The position numbers and the translations under genes are program-made. 64,000 nt of DNA from Rhodothermales bacterium (GTDB lineage Bacteria > Bacteroidota > Rhodothermia > Rhodothermales > JANQRZ01). Positions 57,547 through 64,000 of this stretch are shown one piece after another. The notes beneath the pieces were generated by a model. The model was not told where the DNA came from, searched no databases, and saw only the letters and a list, made by a program, of their open reading frames with translations. The stretch spans positions 338,000-401,999 of the forward strand of contig CBDCBW010000015.1 of the NCBI GenBank assembly GCA_965214485.1, in the 5' to 3' direction. How positions within the stretch are numbered: position 1 is the stretch's first letter; each line of letters begins with the position of its first letter.

Positions 57547-57557
57547 GTGCACATAAC
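57547..57557 (-). other. Terminal cassette junction (half-site GTGCACATAAC; minus strand GTTATGTGCAC)
   Basis: Perfect 11-bp reverse complement of the right box of A12 (GTTATGTGCAC at 56964). No attC arms follow it, so this is the candidate attI-side junction of the first cassette. Confidence 0.6.
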
Positions 57558-57714
57558 CAGTGATTGAGCGGAAGCGCGCGGCATAGCGTGTGTCGGCGAA
57601 AGCCGAACCGTTCGGCATAGCATAACGCGATCTGCAAAAAGACGCAAGACTACTGCCTTTCCTCCGTGCTATGCCGACTCAGGCCCGCGCTATGCCGAAA
57701 CAAGGTCGCCCTCG

Positions 57715-58746
57715 CTATTCGTTCCACCCGGAGCGTGGCTGCGGGTCGCGGCGCTCGCCGTAGGGGTGAGTCGCGGTCTGCGTCTCCTCGCCCTGCTCCT
57801 CCTTGCCGGCACCCTCGTCGGTGGAGGGCGTCGCGGCCTCGCGTACGACCTTCTCGGTCTCGACGACCCGCACGGCGTCCTCGTCCGGGCGGATGTGTGC
57901 GCCATAGCGCTGCGCCCAGATTTGCGTAAACTCGGCCCCGACGAGCAGGATCAGAGCCGTGTAGTAGATCCACACGAGGATCACGACGATGGAGCCGGCA
58001 GCCCCGAACGCCTCGCCGGGGTCCGAGCGCCCGAGGTAGAACCCGATCAGAAACTTCCCGAGCACGAACAGCAGCGCCGTCACGAGACCGCCCACCCACA
58101 CGTCGCGCCACGTGATCTGCGCGTCGGGCAGCACCTTGAAGATCGCGGCGAAGAGGAACGTGAACAAAGCGAGGCTGACGGCGATTTCGCCGACCCACGC
58201 GAACGCCGCCCCGACCGGCCCGAGCGAGGCCTCGATCTGACCGAACAGCCCCGAGAGCAGCGCGCTCGCCGCGAGCGAGACGATGAGGAAGAACGCGATC
58301 GTGAGCACCATCCCGAACGAGAGCACGCGCTTCGTGAGGAAGTTGACGACCCCGCTCCCGGATTCGTCGGGCCTGACCTCCCAGGCGCGGTTGAGCGACT
58401 GCTGAAGCTGGACGAACGCCCCCGTCGCGCCGAAGAGCAGCGCGAGCAGCCCGAACAGTTTGCCCACCAGCGATCCCCCGCCGAGGTCGCCCGCGTTCTC
58501 GATCATCGTCCGAATCTCCTCTGCGCCCCGCTCGCCGAGGAGGCCGCCGACCTGCCCCGTGATCTGCTCCTGCACGGTCTCCGCCCCGAAGACCGCGCCG
58601 GCTACGCCGACGAGGATGGCGAGCAGCGGCGGGAGCGAGAGCAGCGTGTAGTAGGCAATGGCCGCGCTCATGCTGGTGCAGTTGTCGTCGGCGACCTCTT
58701 GGCCGGTCTGTTTGACGAGGGCGAGGGCGTTGGAGAACGAAATCAT
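57715..58746 (-). CDS. YihY/BrkB-family membrane protein
   Basis: 343 aa from ATG 58744-58746 (MISFSNALALVKQTG). SAAIAYYTLLSLPPLL and six TM segments are typical of YihY. Confidence 0.8.
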   Translation of the reverse strand: MISFSNALALVKQTGQEVADDNCTSMSAAIAYYTLLSLPPLLAILVGVAGAVFGAETVQEQITGQVGGLLGERGAEEIRTMIENAGDLGGGSLVGKLFGLLALLFGATGAFVQLQQSLNRAWEVRPDESGSGVVNFLTKRVLSFGMVLTIAFFLIVSLAASALLSGLFGQIEASLGPVGAAFAWVGEIAVSLALFTFLFAAIFKVLPDAQITWRDVWVGGLVTALLFVLGKFLIGFYLGRSDPGEAFGAAGSIVVILVWIYYTALILLVGAEFTQIWAQRYGAHIRPDEDAVRVVETEKVVREAATPSTDEGAGKEEQGEETQTATHPYGERRDPQPRSGWNE

Positions 58747-58842
58747 GGCGGGGGAGGCGAAGGGGAGGGAACGTGGACGCTCCGAACTCTTTTCTACAGA
58801 CGTGAATCTAAGCACCCCTACCGACGCGCTTCCGTTCCGCCG

Positions 58843-59166
58843 ATGCCCCGCCTCTCCGACGACGGCACGACCGTTACCCTCGACCTCCACGGCGCGCACG
58901 TGGACGACGCGCTCGACCTCGCCTGCCGCACGGCGGCGCTCGCCGCCCGGCGCGGGCGCTCGGCGCTCCGCCTTATCCACGGCACCTCGACCTCCGACCC
59001 GTGCGCGCGCAACCGCACCATCAAGCACGCCCTCTACGACCTCCTCGACGACGGCGACCTGCCCGAAGCACAAAGCGCCGTCCGGCTCGGAGGCGAGACG
59101 CTCGTTAGCCTTCCGCTCGGCGCACGCCCCGATGCCACCCCGATCCGCCTTTCCGATGTCTCCTGA
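58843..59166 (+). CDS. Smr-domain protein
   Basis: 107 aa (MPRLSDDGTTVTLDLHGAHVDDALD...LRLIHGTS). LDLHG...IHG is the Smr signature. Confidence 0.7.
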   Translation: MPRLSDDGTTVTLDLHGAHVDDALDLACRTAALAARRGRSALRLIHGTSTSDPCARNRTIKHALYDLLDDGDLPEAQSAVRLGGETLVSLPLGARPDATPIRLSDVS

Positions 59167-59248
59167 GGACGGTGGACAGTCAACTCCGGCACGAGGGCAC
59201 GCTGCGCCACGGTCTCGGTAGCTTTGCAGGTTTCCTCCCCCTCCTCCC

Positions 59249-59935
59249 ATGCGTCCACGCATCGGCATCACGACCTCGCTCAACGACGGCGAGCAGCGGC
59301 TCGACCGGCGCTACGTGCTCGCAGTGGAGCGCGCGGGCGGCCTGCCGCTCATCGTCCCGATGCTGGAGACGGACGCGGCGGCGGCGGCCTTCGCCGCGCT
59401 GCTCGGCGGCCTCGTGGTGACCGGCGGCCCGGCGATCACCCGGGGCCTGCTCGGCGAACTTCCGCCGGAGATTGAAGAAACAGCGGAGGCCCGTCTCGCG
59501 TCTGATACGCGGCTTCTTTCCTCGTTCCTCGCGGCTCGACGTCCCGTGCTCGGCATCTGCTACGGTATGCAACTCGGCAACGCCCTCGCGGGCGGGACGC
59601 TCTATGCCGACGTGCAGGCACAGCTCGGCGGCGCGGCGGTCCACAGCCAAGAGCGCGGCGCGACGGAGCACTCCGTCCGCGTCGAGCCCGGCACGTACCT
59701 GAGCCGGCTCCTCCCCGAACACGTTGCCGTCAACACCCGCCACCTGCAGGCGGTGGAGCGGCCCGGCGCGGGCCTCCGCGTGGCAGCCCGCGCGCCGGAC
59801 GGCGTCGTCGAGGCCGTCGAGAGCGAAGACGGGCGGTTCGTCGGCGTGCAGTGGCACCCGGAGCGGATGGACGCTGCGATGGAGCCGCTCTTCCGTGATC
59901 TCGTTGAGAGGGCGGCGCGGGCTTCACCGGTGTGA
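59249..59935 (+). CDS. Class I glutamine amidotransferase / gamma-glutamyl-GABA hydrolase (peptidase C26) family
   Basis: 228 aa. Nucleophile motif LGICYGMQL and VGVQWHPE. Confidence 0.85.
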   Translation: MRPRIGITTSLNDGEQRLDRRYVLAVERAGGLPLIVPMLETDAAAAAFAALLGGLVVTGGPAITRGLLGELPPEIEETAEARLASDTRLLSSFLAARRPVLGICYGMQLGNALAGGTLYADVQAQLGGAAVHSQERGATEHSVRVEPGTYLSRLLPEHVAVNTRHLQAVERPGAGLRVAARAPDGVVEAVESEDGRFVGVQWHPERMDAAMEPLFRDLVERAARASPV

Positions 59936-60016
59936 TTTTTGATGCCCTAGCGCCCGACTGTCCTGCCTTCGCTCGTTGTACTTTTCGTCTCCCTTTTCCA
60001 GCACGGCTTTCTCCCC

Positions 60017-61852
60017 ATGGCTGACCTCCCTTCCGAACCGCCCCGCCCCGAACGCCGGTCGCTCGCCGAGTACCTCACCGACCCGAGCGCCCGCCGCATC
60101 GAGTGGCTCGCGCTGCTGTTCATCGTCGCTTTCGGCGTGTTCGCTCTCGTGATCACGCGGGCCGACCTCGTCGCGCAGGGCGTCCCCCCGGAGACGGCCG
60201 CTGAGGCCGAGACCGAGCCGGAGCCGGCCCAGCCGGAGGCTCCGCGCGGGCCGTACACGTTCGCCGCGCTCGACATCCACCCGGACCGGACCTACGCGGC
60301 GTACCTCTCGGACGCCTTCATGCAGTCGGCGGACGCCGACTCGGCCGCCTCGGACGTGACGCTCGATGACTTCCGCGCGCAGCTCGACATCTACGAGAAG
60401 CGGCAGGGCGTCGACGACAACTTCTCGATCCGCGTGCTCGACAACCGGACGGCGAAGACGCTTGAGGTGTTTACGCTCCGCGCCCAGCGCGAGCGCTACC
60501 AGGAGACGGGCGAGGCCAACTGGGACCACGTGGACCAGGACCGCCGCGGTGCCACCAACCAACTCATCCGCAAGTGGATCGCCCGCGGCGTCCCGAAGCC
60601 TGCCGTCTCGATCCGCTGGGGCCGTGCCAACCAGGTGGCCGAAGCGCGTGAGCGCGACCTCCCGACGATCGAGTATGAGGTCCGCTTCGCCCGCCAGCTC
60701 GGGCTGAGCCTGCTCGCCACCGAGATCGGGACGGTCGAGACGTTCAACCAGGATTGGATGGTCTCGCCGGCTGGGGCGAAGGGGCGGTACCAGATGATGC
60801 CGGACATCCTCGACCTGTTCGACGTGAACACGTACGCGCTCCCGGCGCAGTCGGGGGCGGTACAGGTGCGCGAGGAGCTGCACCCGCTGCTCTCGCTCCA
60901 GGGGTCGTTCCTCCTCGTGCGCGGCTACGCGAACTCGGTCGGCCACGAGATTCCCGGCATCTCGGCCTACCACACGGGGCCGGGCAACATCTTCCACCTC
61001 TACCAGACCTTCCTCCGTGCCAACGCCGCGGACGAGAACCTGGGGAGCAAGACCGTCACCGACGCCTACATGTGGGGCGTGACCGACGGGTTCGAGCGCG
61101 TCCGCAAGCAGTCGTCCTTCGGGCCGCACTCGCGGGCCTACGTGCTCCAGGCCTACGGCTCGCTCCGCGCGGTCGAGGACAAGGAGATCGACCCGGACGA
61201 GACGCTGCGCACCGAGCAGGTGGCCCTCAAGCCCGGCACGTCGGTCTCGCTCAGCGCGCTCCTGAACGCCCTCGAGCCGCACGACGCCCGCCTCGACTGG
61301 GGGCCGGACAACGACCACGCGAACCTCTACAGCCGCTTCTGCGCGCTCAACCCTCACATGAAGCTCGCGGTCTCGGGCAGCGACGAGCGGGTGGGCGTGC
61401 CCGCCGCGGGCGACGTCACGCTTACGCGGTCCGTGGACGGCAAGCGCGTCCGCTTCTTCCTCCCCTACGGGGCCTCCGAGGTCCTCGCGCAGATCGGCAC
61501 CGACCTCCTCGACCCTGGTGCCCTCGTCCGCTTCGACGAGGACGCCTTTGCGGACCCGGCCAAGACCGGCGAGCAGACGCAGTACGACCGCGCCTACGAC
61601 CGGCTCATCCAAGACATCGGGCGTTTCGGGTTCAACAACGCCAACAAGCGCCGCCTCGACGCGCTCTACACCAAGTTCCAGGAGCTCGCCGAGGAGCAGC
61701 CGACGCCGTACCGCATCGCGCAGTTGAAGATCATCACGATCCACCGGCGGACGTGGGGCACGGCGGCGTTCCGCGAGCTTGCCGGGACCGTGCAGAACGT
61801 CCTCGCCTCGCGGGCGGCCCCCGCCTCGGCCACGAGCGGGACGGCGTCGTAG
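60017..61852 (+). CDS. Membrane-anchored protein with a lytic-transglycosylase (SLT)-like region
   Basis: 611 aa. N-terminal TM helix WLALLFIVAFGVFALVI. ATEIGTVETFNQDWMVSPAGAKGRYQMMPD resembles the E...S.AGA.G..Q.MP motif of SLT domains. Confidence 0.55.
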   Translation: MADLPSEPPRPERRSLAEYLTDPSARRIEWLALLFIVAFGVFALVITRADLVAQGVPPETAAEAETEPEPAQPEAPRGPYTFAALDIHPDRTYAAYLSDAFMQSADADSAASDVTLDDFRAQLDIYEKRQGVDDNFSIRVLDNRTAKTLEVFTLRAQRERYQETGEANWDHVDQDRRGATNQLIRKWIARGVPKPAVSIRWGRANQVAEARERDLPTIEYEVRFARQLGLSLLATEIGTVETFNQDWMVSPAGAKGRYQMMPDILDLFDVNTYALPAQSGAVQVREELHPLLSLQGSFLLVRGYANSVGHEIPGISAYHTGPGNIFHLYQTFLRANAADENLGSKTVTDAYMWGVTDGFERVRKQSSFGPHSRAYVLQAYGSLRAVEDKEIDPDETLRTEQVALKPGTSVSLSALLNALEPHDARLDWGPDNDHANLYSRFCALNPHMKLAVSGSDERVGVPAAGDVTLTRSVDGKRVRFFLPYGASEVLAQIGTDLLDPGALVRFDEDAFADPAKTGEQTQYDRAYDRLIQDIGRFGFNNANKRRLDALYTKFQELAEEQPTPYRIAQLKIITIHRRTWGTAAFRELAGTVQNVLASRAAPASATSGTAS

Positions 61853-62102
61853 GGTCCGGACAGGCCTCAACCTCTCCCTGGACGGGGAGTCCCCGGACGG
61901 AGAGAAGGGCGACAGCACACGAGCAACCCGCCTCGACCCTAGGCTCTGTCACGTAGGGCGGTCCGTCGGCGAGCGAGAGACCCTGGAGGGACCCGGCCAG
62001 GCGTCCGACGAGCCAGATGCCGTAGCATCGGGCGAGGAGGACAACGCCGCAGGGCGCTTCAGGGGCCCCGCCGAGCCAGGAGCCGGATTAACGGGACGGG
62101 GC

Positions 62103-62801
62103 CTAGAGCCGGGAGGCCCTGCGCCCCGAGACCACCGCGACGGCCCCGGCGGTGATCACGCTCATCACCGCAAGCTCGCCGCCGTCCTCCACGACGAGCA
62201 GGAAGAAGCTCAGCCCCCACACCGTCTGGAGCGCTTGGTGCAGCAGATCCACGCCTACGCCCAGCCCGGCGAGCACCACCACTGCCCCCGCCGTGTAACG
62301 CGCGACCCTCCGAGCGGCCTCGTCACTGCGGCGGTACGTCGCCACCCCGAGGCCGAGCGCTACCGCTCCCACCCCGCCGGCGAACAGCACCTCACCGACG
62401 TCTCGGGCACGCAGAGGGGGAAGAGCCCCCAGCCCCCATGCAGCCGCGAGGTACTCCCCGGCCAACTCGTGGAGGGTTAGGGAGTCGTCGAGCAGAAAGA
62501 AGCAGAAGAGGGCACTCAGGACGAGGTAGACCGGCTGCCGGGTCTTCCACAGCAGGAGGGCGAAGCAGAACCCTATGGCGAACTCCTTGACGTACTGGAA
62601 CACCTCGGAGTACCCCTGGTCGTGAGCGAGGGAGAACGCAGGGTTTTCCAGCCACCCCACCTTCAGCCCGAAGGAGAGCCCGACGAAGAGCACATCGGCG
62701 GCGAGCAGGGGAACCAGGAGGAGGAGCGGATCAACGCCCCACGTTCGGCGCTGGAGAAGGGGATGCGCGCCCAGGTGCGACGCGCCAGAGAGGGGTCTCA
62801 C
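62103..62801 (-). CDS. Polytopic membrane protein, unknown function
   Basis: 232-aa ORF with about 6 hydrophobic segments. The start is uncertain. Confidence 0.55.
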   Translation of the reverse strand: MRPLSGASHLGAHPLLQRRTWGVDPLLLLVPLLAADVLFVGLSFGLKVGWLENPAFSLAHDQGYSEVFQYVKEFAIGFCFALLLWKTRQPVYLVLSALFCFFLLDDSLTLHELAGEYLAAAWGLGALPPLRARDVGEVLFAGGVGAVALGLGVATYRRSDEAARRVARYTAGAVVVLAGLGVGVDLLHQALQTVWGLSFFLLVVEDGGELAVMSVITAGAVAVVSGRRASRL

Positions 62802-62955
62802 GGAGGGGAAGGGATGGGTTGGAAGACAGAAGTGCCAGCCCCCACCTCGCCGAATCTATACGAGGTCGGTGCGCCGAGCCGGACGGACGGGTCGAAAGAT
62901 GACCCAGGGGGCCTCGGGCCGAACGGGCCGGGCCGGTCCGGTCTTCGGCCTCGCC

Positions 62956-64000
62956 CTACGCCAACTTGGGCTTGACGAAGCTCAGCCAGCCGCTCTCCTC
63001 CTTGTAGCCCTCGACGACCTCGGCGAGCTTGCTCTGGCGGACGGTGCTCATGATGCCCTCGACGTCTTGCTTGAGCGTCGTGAGAGCGTTCGAGACCAGG
63101 TCGCCGCGGAAGCCGCGCGTGCCGAGCTCGATCGTGAGGTCCATCGAGACGACGCGGCTGAGGGCCTGGCCGAGCTCGACGAGCTTGCGCTGCGGAAGCT
63201 GCGCGTCGAGCTCGAAGTCGAGCGCGTCGCGGAGGTACTCGGCGGCGCGGGCCGTGAGGTCGTCCTGCTTGAGGTACTGGTAGAGGTTGGTCTCCTTGAT
63301 GCGGCGCATCCCCTTCATCACGGCCTCGGTGACCTGCTGGTAGAGGATGTCGTTGGAGCCTTCGAAGATCTGGAACGGGCGGCTGTCGACGAAGCTGCGC
63401 CCGGCGATGTGGTCGAGGCGGTAGCCCTTGGCACCGGTGAGCTGGAGGAGCGAGTTGGCCGCGCTCTGCATCATGTCCGAGCAGATCGACTTGATGGCGT
63501 TGGCCTGCACCGCGTCCTTCGAGAGGTCGCGGTCGATGCCGGCGTTTTCGCTCGCGTAGAGGCACATCGCCGAGGCGGTGGTATACTGCGCCTGCATCCG
63601 GGCGATGCGCGCGCGGACCTGGTCGTAGTCGAAGAGCGGGCGGTTGCTGACGAGGCGCTCCTTGCAGTGGCCGAGGGCCTCGTCGAGCATCCGCTTGATG
63701 AAGCCCATGCCCATGCCGGGGAACTGGGTCCGGCTGCGGTGCAGCGTGTCGAGCATCATCTTGATGCCGGTCGTCGTCGGGACGAGGCGGTGCGATTGGG
63801 GGACTCGGGCGTCGATGCGGTTGCGCCCGTAGCGGATCATGTAGAGGCCGAGGTTCTCGTAGAACTCCTCGACCGTGATGCCCTGCTCAGGGACGTTCTC
63901 GTCGCAGAGGAAAAAGTCGATGTCGCGGCTGAGCTCGCCGGTCTCGTCGCGGCGGCGGGCGGTGACGAGCCAGAAGTCCGCCCAGCCGGTGAGGCCGCCC
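62956..64000 (-). CDS. Acyl-CoA dehydrogenase family protein (5' end outside the window)
   Basis: C-terminal ACAD domain (FEGSNDILYQQV, RIARMQAQY). The reading frame stays open upstream of track start 63840 to the window edge (…GLTGWADFWLVTARRRDETG…). Confidence 0.85.
   Translation of the reverse strand, partial: GGLTGWADFWLVTARRRDETGELSRDIDFFLCDENVPEQGITVEEFYENLGLYMIRYGRNRIDARVPQSHRLVPTTTGIKMMLDTLHRSRTQFPGMGMGFIKRMLDEALGHCKERLVSNRPLFDYDQVRARIARMQAQYTTASAMCLYASENAGIDRDLSKDAVQANAIKSICSDMMQSAANSLLQLTGAKGYRLDHIAGRSFVDSRPFQIFEGSNDILYQQVTEAVMKGMRRIKETNLYQYLKQDDLTARAAEYLRDALDFELDAQLPQRKLVELGQALSRVVSMDLTIELGTRGFRGDLVSNALTTLKQDVEGIMSTVRQSKLAEVVEGYKEESGWLSFVKPKLA

Larger units (their letters stand above)
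42424..57557 (-). mobile_element. Integron-type gene-cassette array (12 cassettes; no integrase in the window, so CALIN-like)
   Basis: 12 attC-like sites plus a terminal half-site, one per gene-sized unit. ORFs are almost all on the minus strand. Five stop codons lie inside the RYYYAAC box. Cargo includes TA pairs and an R-M unit. See findings. Confidence 0.8.

Noticed and set aside
42424-57557. Could the regularly spaced repeats be a CRISPR array?
   Set aside because: The repeats are about 130 bp long and are imperfect palindromes with RYYYAAC/GTTRRRY ends. The spacers between them are 0.4-3 kb and contain genes. No cas genes are present. The pattern fits attC sites, not CRISPR.
57559-59283. 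Search for an integron integrase next to the array head (track ORF 57715..59283, 522 aa)
   Set aside because: The real gene is the 343-aa YihY/BrkB membrane protein (57715..58746). No tyrosine-recombinase motifs (R..H..R..Y) are seen on either flank of the array.

Overview
This is a high-GC bacterial chromosomal window. It probably comes from a Rhodothermia/Bacteroidota-like organism; that is an inference from T9SS-type C-terminal sorting domains, a DUF2723 protein and the gene content. Many long antisense shadow ORFs in the track are artefacts of the GC content.

Region 1-18.6 kb is mostly core genome. It holds a His-Asp phosphorelay cluster, an arsenosugar-type ArsS radical-SAM pair, hpf, a type IA topoisomerase, ybeY, a DUF2723 membrane protein and an M1 peptidase. 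It also has a small lower-GC islet at 15.7-17.0 kb.

Region 18.7-29.9 kb lies downstream of the H+-pyrophosphatase gene hppA and is an accessory tract. It is delimited by three leftover copies of the hppA 3' end. It carries two TA pairs and two diverged copies of a three-gene module: an HTH-only AraC regulator, a PD40 beta-propeller lipoprotein and a subtilase-fold T9SS protein. One of the two subtilase paralogs has lost the whole catalytic triad.

Region 29.9-40.7 kb is core again: hppA, pth, ctc/rplY, prs, tRNA-Gln, a racemase, a WcaJ-like sugar transferase, a membrane protein and an ABC-F ATPase.

Region 42.4-57.6 kb is the main discovery. It is a roughly 15-kb integron-type gene-cassette array with 12 attC-like sites plus a terminal junction, and no integrase in the window. 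Its 12 cassettes carry two DUF433/DUF5615 TA pairs, a complete R-M unit with palindromic operators, a PUA-like-HNH nuclease, several orphan or candidate defence proteins and one ORF-less cassette. Two IS elements have invaded the array: an IS481-like element with a frameshifted transposase and an IS200-like element. An IS5/IS427-like element disrupts a small membrane gene next to the array.

All family assignments come from motif recognition by eye. No database search was run.
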